Made by a program: the position numbers and the translations under genes
Shown here: piece by piece, positions 9,496 through 18,884 of the stretch
How positions within the stretch are numbered: position 1 is the stretch's first letter
Layout of the letters: each line of letters begins with the position of its first letter
Notes under the pieces: model-generated
Database searches by the model: none
The model's input: the letters and a program-made list of their open reading frames with translations, nothing else
What the model was told of the DNA's origin: nothing
Assembly: GCA_023134715.1 (NCBI GenBank)
Contig: JAGLUP010000002.1
Span: 15,906 to 79,905 of the forward strand
Length of the DNA stretch: 64,000 nucleotides
Direction of reading: 5' to 3'
Origin: Candidatus Parcubacteria bacterium
Lineage (GTDB): Bacteria > Patescibacteriota > Minisyncoccia > Minisyncoccales > JAGLUP01

Positions 9496-11031
9496 ATGAA
9501 TAAGACATTTAAAACAATTTTAATAACTTCTATCGCTGTTTTTAGCGCTGGTTTATTAGTCAGTCCTGCTTGTGCTACAACAGGTATTTTAGAAATTAAC
9601 TTTCAGAAAGATCCTTTATTTGGAGAAACTAATTTCATGCCAGGAGATACTATTACGAAATGGGTAGAAGTTATAAATAACACCGGGGGAACTAAATCAA
9701 TCGCGACAGAAGCAATAAACTGGCCTAATTTTCCTGATTATGGCGCTATTCCAAACAATGATTTATCTCGCGCTTTGCTAATAGCCATTAGCGAACAAGG
9801 AGGTTCTGATTTATATGGAGGCACAACAGGAGAAAAAACTTTATTTCAGTTTTATCAAAATGGTGAAACTTATCTCTCCGATGTAGCCAACAGCACTACT
9901 ACATATTATGATTTTCAAATCAGCTTTCCATCTGAAAAAGGAAACGATTGGCAAAGCAAAACAACCGGCTTTGATATTATAGTCGGTTCTCAAGGAGAAT
10001 ATACGCCAACTTACGCTTGCAATGATGGAATTGATAATGACGGAGATGGTGAAATTGATTACCCAGACGACCCTGGTTGCGATTCTCCCACAGATGACGA
10101 CGAAGTAGATTCTGCTCCTCCTACTCCACCTGGGGGAGGCGGAGGCGGGGGATTGCCGCCTGGATTAACGATTCGGTATGAAGATACTACTTGCATTGGT
10201 CCATGTGACGCTATTATTCATTGGCTAACCAGTTATAATGCTACAAGCAGGGTAGTTTATGGAACTGAATCAGGAACATTTGATTTAAATCATCCGAATT
10301 ACGGTTACCCATCTACTACATTAGAAACAGATAACATTCCCCCTATAAACGAAAATGGAACTACAAGCCACACAGTAATACTTACTGGTCTTGCAACAAG
10401 CACTACTTATTATTTCCGATGTGTTTCTCACGCTTCACCGGCAACAGTTGGGTTTGAGCATAGCTTTACTACTTTAGCTTTAGGAGAAGGCGACCCTTGT
10501 TGCGGGGAACTTCCAACACCTCCAGCGCCCCCAACACCACCAACACCACCGATTCCGCCATCGCCTCCAATAGCGGAAGCTCCACCTATAATAGAAGGAA
10601 CTCCTGCTTTGCCTGGCGAGGCTCCAGCAGAACTAACTGATGAGGAAAAAATTGAAGAAATTGAAGAAAAAATAAAAGAATTAGAAGCCGCCATAACTCA
10701 AGTTGAAGAAGAGTCAGAATCTAATTTAGATAAATTTTTAGCGGCAATTGGCGGTCTCTTTGACATAGAAAACAGTTGTCTTATCTTAACTATTTTAGCA
10801 ATCATATTAACTGTTTTGTTTATTTTATCAAGAAAGAAAAAGAGGGAGGAGGAAAAGAAATATATGGACTTAATTGTTGTTTTGCTTGTCTTGATTATTT
10901 TAGCGCTCTTATTTAAATGCCTATATTTAATTATTCCTATACTTCTCTTAATCGGCGTTCTTATTTACGAAATACTAAAAAAAAAGAAAAAGAAAAAAGG
11001 TGAATTCATTGTTGAAGAAAATAGATTTTAA
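9496..11031 (+). CDS. Surface protein with signal peptide, CNDGIDNDGDGEIDYPDDPGC motif, Pro-rich linker and C-terminal TM helices
   Basis: N-terminal hydrophobic signal. It shares a Cys/Asp motif with 3993-4811. PPTPP repeats are followed by two C-terminal hydrophobic segments and a poly-Lys tail. Confidence 0.6.
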   Translation: MNKTFKTILITSIAVFSAGLLVSPACATTGILEINFQKDPLFGETNFMPGDTITKWVEVINNTGGTKSIATEAINWPNFPDYGAIPNNDLSRALLIAISEQGGSDLYGGTTGEKTLFQFYQNGETYLSDVANSTTTYYDFQISFPSEKGNDWQSKTTGFDIIVGSQGEYTPTYACNDGIDNDGDGEIDYPDDPGCDSPTDDDEVDSAPPTPPGGGGGGGLPPGLTIRYEDTTCIGPCDAIIHWLTSYNATSRVVYGTESGTFDLNHPNYGYPSTTLETDNIPPINENGTTSHTVILTGLATSTTYYFRCVSHASPATVGFEHSFTTLALGEGDPCCGELPTPPAPPTPPTPPIPPSPPIAEAPPIIEGTPALPGEAPAELTDEEKIEEIEEKIKELEAAITQVEEESESNLDKFLAAIGGLFDIENSCLILTILAIILTVLFILSRKKKREEEKKYMDLIVVLLVLIILALLFKCLYLIIPILLLIGVLIYEILKKKKKKKGEFIVEENRF

Positions 11032-11051
11032 ATTTGTAAAATTTCAAAAAT

Positions 11052-11078
11052 AAAAACTCCGCCAAGGCGGAGTTTTTT
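11052..11078. terminator. Bidirectional intrinsic terminator
   Basis: AAAAACTCCGCC-aa-GGCGGAGTTTTTT lies between convergent genes. Confidence 0.7.
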
Positions 11079-11093
11079 AATCTCTAAAAATCT

Positions 11094-11450
11094 TTATTTT
11101 AGATTATTTTTTTCTTTATAAATCCACTTGCCTTTTTTTTTGGCAAGAGACATGATAGCAGAATGTTTTTCAATTTCAGTAAATTCTTTAGGGGTATAGC
11201 CAATAATATCCATGGCAATTTTATAAGTAATATCATCCCGAATATCAGTAAGCAAGTCCAATCTTTGGTCAAAATTTCTTTTATTAAAGTCAGGAGAAAT
11301 AACAACTAAATCTACATCACTATGCTTAGTAGGTTTCCCCCAAGCAAAAGAACCAAATAAAAGCACTCCCTTTATTTTAATTTTTTCTTCAAGGTTTTGG
11401 ATGTAGTGATTAACTATTTTCTTGGGAAATTTTATTGTTTTTGCAACCAT
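11094..11450 (-). CDS. Nucleotidyltransferase-domain protein, second copy
   Basis: Paralogue of 2151-2501 (GSFAWGKPTKHSDVDLVVI). Its flanking non-coding sequence is also duplicated. Confidence 0.85.
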   Translation of the reverse strand: MVAKTIKFPKKIVNHYIQNLEEKIKIKGVLLFGSFAWGKPTKHSDVDLVVISPDFNKRNFDQRLDLLTDIRDDITYKIAMDIIGYTPKEFTEIEKHSAIMSLAKKKGKWIYKEKNNLK

Positions 11451-11584
11451 AAAAAAAGTTTTTTAGTTTTTTCCAAATAAATTTTGGTAAAATTTTTGTC
11501 AGGATTAGATAAGGGCTCATAAATTAAATCTGGATAGCGCGATTTAAGATAATATTTATTAAGTTTTTTGAGAATGTCATTCAT
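11432..11584 (-). pseudogene. Internally deleted HEPN gene remnant (50 codons)
   Basis: Translates MNDILKKLNKYYLKSRYPDLIYEPLSNPDKNFTKIYLEKTKKLFLWLQKQ. This is the N-terminus and C-terminus of the 131-aa HEPN at 2480-2875 with the middle missing. It keeps the same overlap with the NTase start. Confidence 0.6.
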
Positions 11585-11643
11585 TATTTATATTATACTA
11601 AATTTAATTCTTTTGTCAAAAATTATTTAATTATAAAACTATT

Positions 11644-13425
11644 CTAAAGTTGGATTTGGTAAACGGTTGAGCCGTTTAAGAGATAAATTGTTTTACTGTC
11701 TTCAGATATAGAAAAATCCTTTAAATCGTCAAATTTATCGCTCTGATACTGCTTAATTATTTCTCCGGTTTTACTAAGAATAATAAGACGGTTCTTAGAT
11801 GGTTCAAGGATATAAAGCTCGGGAGAGCGAGAATCAGTAAAAATCTTAGACGGTTTTTCTAATTTAGGATAAAAATCAAGAGTCAGGGTTTCTTTATAAG
11901 AGCCAATATAATATCTATCAATTTGATTATCTTTGGTTAAAATCCAAATACTTCCGTCTATAGTCATGCTTTTAGCTTGAGTGGTTTTTTCAGAAGATTT
12001 TAACCAAATTTGGGAAGCTCCCCATTGAGAATTTCCCAAATAAGGATATCTTATAATCTCGCCGGATTGCTTGTCTAAAAAATATAAGCTAGAACGAAAA
12101 GAGCAAGCCAAATCCATCTTAAAATCATTAGGCGGTTCTTTTCCCGCTGGACAGGAGGGTTTCTCTTGTTTTGGAAAATCGCCTGAATAAAGCTCGGGCT
12201 GGTCAATGTTTTTTATTTTATTTAAATCTTCAAGCTGTTTTTCAATAGAATCCTTTAGGCCTAAAATTTCATCTTTTTGGGAACTTTTTTGTTCTGTTAA
12301 AGGTATAATTTCTTGCAGCGCCTCTTGAAATAAAAGATTTGCCTCTTTTTCATTTTTGATGATTAAAAAGCTTTCTGCCTGAAGAGTTTTTTCTTTTACA
12401 CTTTCTATTTTATTTTGGAAATCTTTTATTTTTTCTTCTTGCTCTTTTTTGAATAAAGTAAATCCTAAGGCAAGAACAATAATTAAGCCAAAAACTAAAA
12501 TTAAATTTCTATTAATCTTTTTTTTATTTTTTGAAAAAGATAAAGTTAATTTTTCTTTAATCGGGGGAAAGGTGGGAAACTTTAAATTAGGAGTTTTGAC
12601 TTCAGGAGTTTTAAAAACAGGGATTTTAAAACCAGGTATTTTAATTTTTGGAAATTTAATTTTTTGACTAAGCTTAGAAATAAAAGCAAAATTAAAATTT
12701 AAGCGGGACTCTTTGTCTTTTTCAAAGGTTATCGCTTCTTTTAATAAAGTTTTTGAAGTTAGATTGATTAAAACGCAAATGCCGGAGATTTCTTTAAAGA
12801 TTTTTTCTTTATTTTTCAGGATTTTTTTTACAGGCTCTGTCGATTCAGCTATTTCTTCTGTTATTTTCTCCAATTCAAAGGCCTCGGAAACTTGAGCAGA
12901 TAAAATTAGAATTTTATCATTCTGAATCGCTTTGCCGCTTACAATATTTCCAAAAACCTTCAAAGGATAGGGTTCAATCTCCTGAGAGTCCAGATTTTTG
13001 CCAATATTAAAAATCTGGCCGGACCTTAATAAAAAAATTTTAGATTTTCCAATTTTAGCAAAATTAAGCTCTGAATTCGCGCTTAAAGATTTGGGGCTGA
13101 TAGCAAGAATGGTAAATTGAATATTTCCCAACCAGCTTACATCTCCTTTTTTTGTCTGTTGAGACAAAAACTCATTTGCTTTTTTCAGGGCTTGTTTTAA
13201 CGATTGCTCTGGAGAACGCTGCAGAGAATAATAATATTCTTTTTTAATAAGAGAAGCCAAATCATTTAAAAATCGGGAGTGCTGGGGCAGGGCATTGCCA
13301 AGCTCGCCCACAATAAACAAGTTTCCCAGCCGTTTTTCCGCTTCGTTTTCCGGTTCATAAATAAAGCTGTCAAAAAGGATTTCTTCTTTTGCCTTAGGAT
13401 TAAAATGTAGGTCAAAAATATTCAT
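11644..13425 (-). CDS. Hypothetical membrane-anchored protein (single central TM, coiled coil)
   Basis: 593-aa ORF with the TM helix LILVFGLIIVLALGFTLF. No motif recognised. Confidence 0.55.
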   Translation of the reverse strand: MNIFDLHFNPKAKEEILFDSFIYEPENEAEKRLGNLFIVGELGNALPQHSRFLNDLASLIKKEYYYSLQRSPEQSLKQALKKANEFLSQQTKKGDVSWLGNIQFTILAISPKSLSANSELNFAKIGKSKIFLLRSGQIFNIGKNLDSQEIEPYPLKVFGNIVSGKAIQNDKILILSAQVSEAFELEKITEEIAESTEPVKKILKNKEKIFKEISGICVLINLTSKTLLKEAITFEKDKESRLNFNFAFISKLSQKIKFPKIKIPGFKIPVFKTPEVKTPNLKFPTFPPIKEKLTLSFSKNKKKINRNLILVFGLIIVLALGFTLFKKEQEEKIKDFQNKIESVKEKTLQAESFLIIKNEKEANLLFQEALQEIIPLTEQKSSQKDEILGLKDSIEKQLEDLNKIKNIDQPELYSGDFPKQEKPSCPAGKEPPNDFKMDLACSFRSSLYFLDKQSGEIIRYPYLGNSQWGASQIWLKSSEKTTQAKSMTIDGSIWILTKDNQIDRYYIGSYKETLTLDFYPKLEKPSKIFTDSRSPELYILEPSKNRLIILSKTGEIIKQYQSDKFDDLKDFSISEDSKTIYLLNGSTVYQIQL

Positions 13426-13469
13426 TACTTTATTATACTATAATATCCTTATTATCCACAAGTGGACTA

Positions 13470-13525
13470 TTGACAGGCAGGGATGGTCAGGTTATTCTAA
13501 AATAATCACTTACCGAGCGGTAAGT
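13470..13525 (+). promoter_or_regulatory. Promoter plus perfect palindromic operator upstream of the TetR gene
   Basis: TTGACA (13470-13475), 17 nt, TATTCT. The palindrome ACTTACCG-ag-CGGTAAGT (13508-13525) ends 5 nt before the ATG. Confidence 0.5.
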
Positions 13526-13530
13526 AAATA

Positions 13531-14124
13531 ATGAAAATGAATATTGCTGCTGATTCTAAAAAACGAATATTTGAAACCGCGTCGGAGCTTTTTTCCGAGT
13601 TTGGTTTTCTGGGAATTTCGATGGGAAGCATTGCTAAACATTTGAATATTACCAAAGCCGCTCTTTACTATCATTTTAAAAGTAAAAAAGAATTATACCT
13701 GAAAGTGCTGGAAAATTCTTATGAAAATTTATTTAAAACTATAAATAGGGGAGTGGAACAAGCAGAGACCTCGGAACAAAAGCTTTCTCTGTTAATTCAA
13801 AACTATCTTTGTTTTGGTTTAAAAGAAAAAAATCTCATTAAATCATGTTTTTTGAAAAGCCCTGACCTTGACTTTGAGATTATAGATTATACTGCCAACT
13901 TGAGAAAAAAAATTAATACTCAATTTCAGGCCTCTCTGAAAGAAATATTTAAAGAAAAAAAATGGAAGGGGAATGTAGATTTAAAATTTACTACTTTATT
14001 TCTTTTAGGAACAATGGACGGATTGATACTGGAAGCAGGCTTGTTCAATAAAAAATTGAATATAAAAAAGAAAAGCTCTCAAATTTTAAAAATTATCAGT
14101 CCTAATTTTGAAAAGGTCGAATAA
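13531..14124 (+). CDS. TetR/AcrR family transcriptional regulator
   Basis: N-terminal HTH FSEFGFLGISMGSIAKHLNITKAALYYHFKSKKELY. Confidence 0.85.
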   Translation: MKMNIAADSKKRIFETASELFSEFGFLGISMGSIAKHLNITKAALYYHFKSKKELYLKVLENSYENLFKTINRGVEQAETSEQKLSLLIQNYLCFGLKEKNLIKSCFLKSPDLDFEIIDYTANLRKKINTQFQASLKEIFKEKKWKGNVDLKFTTLFLLGTMDGLILEAGLFNKKLNIKKKSSQILKIISPNFEKVE

Positions 14125-14159
14125 TAAATAATAATAAATTCACCCAGTGAAACAAAACT

Positions 14160-14255
14160 ATGTCTTTAACAGATCCAATTGTTTTAGTAGCTATTGTGGT
14201 AGTTGTTGGCGGCGTTCTTTATTACCTCAAAACAACCAATAAACTTCCATTTTAA
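14160..14255 (+). CDS. Possible 31-aa hydrophobic peptide
   Basis: MSLTDPIVLVAIVVVVGGVLYYLKTTNKLPF, followed directly by a strong terminator. Not in the ORF track because of its length. Confidence 0.35.
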   Translation: MSLTDPIVLVAIVVVVGGVLYYLKTTNKLPF

Positions 14256-14267
14256 TTAAAAAATCAA

Positions 14268-14312
14268 CCCCCCTCTTTTGCGCAAGCGCGAAAAGAGGGG
14301 GGTTTCTTGTTT
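14268..14312 (+). terminator. Intrinsic terminator
   Basis: CCCCCCTCTTTTGCGC-aa-GCGCGAAAAGAGGGGGG followed by a T-rich run. Confidence 0.75.
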
Positions 14313-14465
14313 TAATTTTAAAAATATAATATAATAAGCATATACACCCCGTAGGAAATATGAATAGTTTAATAGATTTTTTAACTTTTGTAATTGTTCT
14401 TGTTGTCGCCTGGTGGTATTTAACTAAGTTTGTCCACACAGGAGTAGCGGGAATAGGATTTTAAT

Positions 14466-14819
14466 ATGGCATACAAATCAATTTTTGGCTGGATTTTATT
14501 ATTTGCCGGGCTTTTTGTAATTGGCTGGGGTCTTTATTCTTCTTATAATATCTTTACCGTTAAAACACCTGTTCCGGAAATTTTTTCTTTACCTGCTGAG
14601 AACAACGAGAAAATCAATAATTCTTCTGGAAATTTAACCCCTGAAGAACAAATGCAGGAAGCGATGGATGAACAAATGGAAAAACAATTAGGAAAAATGC
14701 TTCCCAAGGATACCTTGCCTAAACTTTTAAATCTTGTCGCTTGGTCAATTTTTGCGGGAATTTTAATTTTTGCCGGAGGTCAAATATCAGGCACAGGTAT
14801 TAAACTAATAAAATTATAA
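14466..14819 (+). CDS. Small membrane protein (two TM helices)
   Basis: Hydrophobic N- and C-terminal segments. First gene of a tightly spaced operon. Confidence 0.6.
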   Translation: MAYKSIFGWILLFAGLFVIGWGLYSSYNIFTVKTPVPEIFSLPAENNEKINNSSGNLTPEEQMQEAMDEQMEKQLGKMLPKDTLPKLLNLVAWSIFAGILIFAGGQISGTGIKLIKL

Positions 14820-14822
14820 ATT

Positions 14823-15206
14823 ATGGAACAAAGCATAGTGTTTCAATTTATTGTTTGGTATTTTTTTGAAACGCCAAAAGAGATACTAAAGACATGGCGA
14901 AATTTTCTTTTGTTTAATTTTAATTATTTTTCCATTCCCTTGCTTCTAAAAACTCTTTTTTCTCATTGGCGAAAATATAAATATTCTTATGGCAGGGGAT
15001 TTGACATCCATAGATATTTTGATACTTTTAGCTTTAATATTATTTCGCGGGGAATAGGCGCGGTTGTCAGAATTTTTGTAATTATTGCCGGGATTGTTTG
15101 TGAAATTTTAGTTTTGATTCTCGGAGCAATTATATTCATCGGGTGGTTAATGCTGCCTGTTTTTTTAATTCTGGGATTTTATTACGGCCTTAAAATCTTA
15201 TTATAA
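14823..15206 (+). CDS. Membrane protein
   Basis: 127-aa ORF starting 3 nt after the previous stop, with a hydrophobic C-terminal half. Confidence 0.6.
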   Translation: MEQSIVFQFIVWYFFETPKEILKTWRNFLLFNFNYFSIPLLLKTLFSHWRKYKYSYGRGFDIHRYFDTFSFNIISRGIGAVVRIFVIIAGIVCEILVLILGAIIFIGWLMLPVFLILGFYYGLKILL

Positions 15207-15215
15207 ATAAATTTT

Positions 15216-16361
15216 ATGTTTATTAAATTATTCAATTGGTTGATAAAAAGAACGCCTTATTGTTTTGCTATCGGTTTTCTTTCAAAAATTTGGGGTATTT
15301 TAGCTGCCTTTTTTGGACTTTTCTTTGTTATTGTTCAGCTTGAGTATGAATCTTTTGAAATATTAAAATTATTTATTTACAGTTTTACAATATTAGTAAT
15401 AATTGTTAGTTTGTTTTGTTTTTTAAGATATGGTCTTCTCAGAAAATTTTTAGGAAAAAAATATGAAAAAAAAGAATTTAGAATTCTTAATGATAATATT
15501 TTAAAGGGTCATTTTCGTCCTAATATCTCTGCCGCAACTCTTCTTGAATCGCTTGAGTCACTTAAAAAAATAAATCTATGGATTGGAACATTATTTATAC
15601 AAGTGAGCGTTATAACAATAAGCGGCCTTATTTTAATAGATAGGTTAGCTAACGAAGAATTTAAAAATGTCCTTGTTATTCTTATCGGGGGATGTATTAG
15701 TATGACAATAGGTTTTATATGCATACTTATTCTTTCTGAATTACTTAGTTCTCCTGTTAGAAAAGAGTGTAAAATGCTTTTAGCCGCTAAAGGCAAATAT
15801 TTTGAAAATTCTTATTTTTTAACCTTAAGAACTAAATCGAAATTCTTTATTGTCGTAATGGGATTAGCTTTAGCTATAGTTTTATCTCTTTCTTCTTCTC
15901 TTAATCCAACTCTTATAATATTTTCTATTTCTGCCCTAATCATTGCTGGCTTATTAAGCGAATTAATATTTAAATCTATTTATAATTCCTTAATGGAAAT
16001 TGAAGAATCGACAAAAAAATTAATTAAAAGAAAAAAAGTTTCATTTTGCACAGGCAGTTTAGACAAAGAAATCATAGATTTATCTGAAAATCTTAATTTG
16101 ACTGCTAATGAGATTTATATTACCAGACAAGCCCTTGAAGAAGAAAAGACGTCTTTGGAAATTAAGGTTAACGCCAGAACAAGGGAATTGAAAGAACTTA
16201 CTCAAAGCTTGGACCAGAAAGTAAAACAAAGAACAAAAGAGCTTCAGGACAGAGTAGATGAACTGGAAAGGTTTCACAAGCTAACTGTTGGCAGGGAAGT
16301 GAAGATGATAGAATTAAAAAAAGAAATCAAAGAATTAAAAAAAATTCACCCAGTGAAATAA
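15216..16361 (+). CDS. Polytopic membrane protein with C-terminal signalling-type coiled coil
   Basis: Multiple TM helices. The C-terminus RTRELKELTQSLDQKVKQRTKELQDRVDELERFHKLTVGREVKMIELKKEI resembles linker helices of sensor kinases. No kinase domain is present. Confidence 0.55.
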   Translation: MFIKLFNWLIKRTPYCFAIGFLSKIWGILAAFFGLFFVIVQLEYESFEILKLFIYSFTILVIIVSLFCFLRYGLLRKFLGKKYEKKEFRILNDNILKGHFRPNISAATLLESLESLKKINLWIGTLFIQVSVITISGLILIDRLANEEFKNVLVILIGGCISMTIGFICILILSELLSSPVRKECKMLLAAKGKYFENSYFLTLRTKSKFFIVVMGLALAIVLSLSSSLNPTLIIFSISALIIAGLLSELIFKSIYNSLMEIEESTKKLIKRKKVSFCTGSLDKEIIDLSENLNLTANEIYITRQALEEEKTSLEIKVNARTRELKELTQSLDQKVKQRTKELQDRVDELERFHKLTVGREVKMIELKKEIKELKKIHPVK

Positions 16362-16363
16362 AT

Positions 16364-18850
16364 ATGATAAATTTTAATCCAAAACAAGCGGCTATTTTTC
16401 AAGCAATTAAGCTGGGAAAATATTTTAAATTGGTAAAATCTTTAAAAAAGATTTTTGTCTTTGTTTTTATTATTTGTTTTGTTTTATTCGCGTATGGTTT
16501 TTCATTTGAGGTCTTTGACAAAAATCTCCAGTCATTTCTTTTGGGGCTTTCTATTGTTTCTTTAAGTTTTATTATATGTTTTCAGATATTAGAATGGTTC
16601 TTTAATTTAAAATTAAAAAATCCCCCAATAGAAGAAACTAATCTTGCCTCTTTCTTAAACTATGACGCGGCTGAAGCGGTTTATATGGCAATGGGTTTTA
16701 GCAAAAAAAGAAAATTGCCTCAAATTTCATCAGAAGCAATGCTTTATTTTTGTTTAAAAGGCAAAGACCCTAAAATAAACTTTATCTTTACCAGAGCAGG
16801 TTTGAACTTAAAACAAATCAGAGAAGAATTAAAAAATTATTTAAACAACCTTAAAAAAGAAAAATATCAGGAACGTTTTTCTGAAAACTTTTTAAAGGTG
16901 AAAAAGAAAATTGGAATAGGGGATATTTTAATCAGTCAAAGCCAAATTAGCCCGATTTTTAAAAAGCATCTTATTGAAACCGGGCTTAAGACCGAAGATA
17001 TTGAAAATTTGGTCTGGTGGGCTGAATCATTGGAAGAGCGAATTAAAGAAAGGAAGAAATTCTGGGAATATAATAATTTAATAAAACTTGGTTCAATCGG
17101 TTCTGATTGGGCGGCTGGCTACACTTTATCATTAGATGAATTTTCAATTGACTGGACCGAGGCGATAAAAAAACATGGTTTTAGAAAAATTATCGGACAT
17201 AAAGCAGAAATTAAACAAATAGAAAGAATTTTATCTACTTCTGAAATTAATAATGTTCTTTTGGTGGGTAAACCGGGTTCAGGAAGAAAAACGCTTATCC
17301 AAGCATTGGTAATAAATAGTTTTTTAGGAACAAGTTTGCCCGCTCTTAATCATAAAAGAATAGTAGAGCTTGACCTTGCTTCTCTTATTACGGAAACCGG
17401 TTCAATTGATGAAATGGAAAAAATCCTGGAAAAAATATTTGAAGAATCTGTTTCTGCCGGCAATGTTGTTTTAATAATTAACAATTTTGATAATTTTATA
17501 GGGCAGGATGCCCGCCCGGGAGCAATGGATATTTCCGGAGTTTTGGAACGATATCTTCATCTTCCTAATTTTCAAATTATTGCCATTACTTCTTTTGTCG
17601 GACTTCACCGTTTTATTGAACCAAATCCTTCTATTTTAAATCTATTTGAAAAAGTAGAGCTATCAGAACTTTCTGAACAAAAAGTAATCAGAATTTTAGA
17701 AGAACGAGTTTTATCTTTAGAACAAAAATATAAAAAATTCGTTACTTATCCGGCTTTAAGAGATATAGTTTCTTTAAGCGCGCGCTATATCCCTGACATT
17801 CCTTTCCCTCAAAAAGCGATTGAACTCCTGAATGAAGCAATGATTTATGCCAGTCGTTTTCCAAAAAAACCAATTGTTACGCCGCAATATGTGAATAAAG
17901 TTATTTCTGAAAAAACCCAAATTCCCATAGGAAAAGTAGAAATTAAAGAAAAAGAAACTTTACTTAATTTAGAAAATTTAATTCATCAAAGAATTATTAA
18001 TCAAGAAGAAGCGGTTAAAGAAGTTTCTTCCGCTTTGAGAAGAGCGCGAGCTGATATCAGAATTAAAAAGGGCCCAATGGGCAGTTTCTTGTTTTTGGGG
18101 CCGACAGGGGTAGGTAAAACCGAGACCTCAAAAGCAATAGCTGAAATTTATTTTAAAAGCGAAAAGCGAATGATTCGGCTTGATATGTCTGAATTTCAAA
18201 ATATTGAAGATATTCATCGGCTTCTCGGCAATTCAACTGAAGAAGGGCTTTTAACTATGCCTGTTCGCGAAGATCCTTTTTCTTTAGTTCTATTAGATGA
18301 AATTGAAAAAGCTCATCGCAATATTTTAAACTTATTCCTGCAAGTTACTGATGAAGGGCATATTACCGATGGATTAGGCAGGAAAATTAATTTTTCCAAT
18401 ACTATTATTATCGCAACCTCTAACGCCGGAGCAGATATTATCTGGGAAGATATTCGGTTGGATAAAGAATTAGATATTATTAAAGAAGACCTTTTATCTC
18501 ATCTTTTTAAAGAAAAAATTTTCAGGCCGGAGTTTATTAATCGTTTTGACGCCACAGTTATTTTCAAACCGCTAACTAAAGAAAATTTAAAGGATATTGC
18601 TGAACTTCTTTTGGAAAAACTAAGAAAAAATTTAGCTAAAAAAGACATTGAGTTTATAGCGACAGAGCCATTGGCAAGTAAAATTGCTGAATTGGGATAC
18701 AAGCCGTCTTTTGGCGCCAGGCCTATGAGAAGAGTTATTCAGGATAAAATTGAAGATGAGTTGGCTGAAGCGATTTTATCAGGAAAATTAAAAAGAGGAC
18801 ATAGAGTACAGGTGAACCCTCAAAATTTCTCTTTGAGTATTGATAAATAA
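16364..18850 (+). CDS. Clp/Hsp100-family double AAA+ ATPase with N-terminal TM helices
   Basis: D2 has Walker A GPTGVGKTE, and ARPMRRVIQDKIEDELAEAIL is the Clp C-terminal signature. D1 Walker A reads GKPGSGRKT, which is non-canonical. Two N-terminal hydrophobic helices replace the usual Clp N-domain. Confidence 0.85.
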   Translation: MINFNPKQAAIFQAIKLGKYFKLVKSLKKIFVFVFIICFVLFAYGFSFEVFDKNLQSFLLGLSIVSLSFIICFQILEWFFNLKLKNPPIEETNLASFLNYDAAEAVYMAMGFSKKRKLPQISSEAMLYFCLKGKDPKINFIFTRAGLNLKQIREELKNYLNNLKKEKYQERFSENFLKVKKKIGIGDILISQSQISPIFKKHLIETGLKTEDIENLVWWAESLEERIKERKKFWEYNNLIKLGSIGSDWAAGYTLSLDEFSIDWTEAIKKHGFRKIIGHKAEIKQIERILSTSEINNVLLVGKPGSGRKTLIQALVINSFLGTSLPALNHKRIVELDLASLITETGSIDEMEKILEKIFEESVSAGNVVLIINNFDNFIGQDARPGAMDISGVLERYLHLPNFQIIAITSFVGLHRFIEPNPSILNLFEKVELSELSEQKVIRILEERVLSLEQKYKKFVTYPALRDIVSLSARYIPDIPFPQKAIELLNEAMIYASRFPKKPIVTPQYVNKVISEKTQIPIGKVEIKEKETLLNLENLIHQRIINQEEAVKEVSSALRRARADIRIKKGPMGSFLFLGPTGVGKTETSKAIAEIYFKSEKRMIRLDMSEFQNIEDIHRLLGNSTEEGLLTMPVREDPFSLVLLDEIEKAHRNILNLFLQVTDEGHITDGLGRKINFSNTIIIATSNAGADIIWEDIRLDKELDIIKEDLLSHLFKEKIFRPEFINRFDATVIFKPLTKENLKDIAELLLEKLRKNLAKKDIEFIATEPLASKIAELGYKPSFGARPMRRVIQDKIEDELAEAILSGKLKRGHRVQVNPQNFSLSIDK

Positions 18851-18884
18851 TCATAATTAATTTAAAATAAAATTAATATATAAA

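Noticed and set aside
14359-14464. Second small hydrophobic peptide ORF after the 14268 terminator.
   Set aside because: Codon-by-codon reading gives only a 22-aa product (MNSLIDFLTFVIVLCCRLVVFN, 14359-14427). A longer reading would require a frameshift, so the evidence is too weak to annotate.
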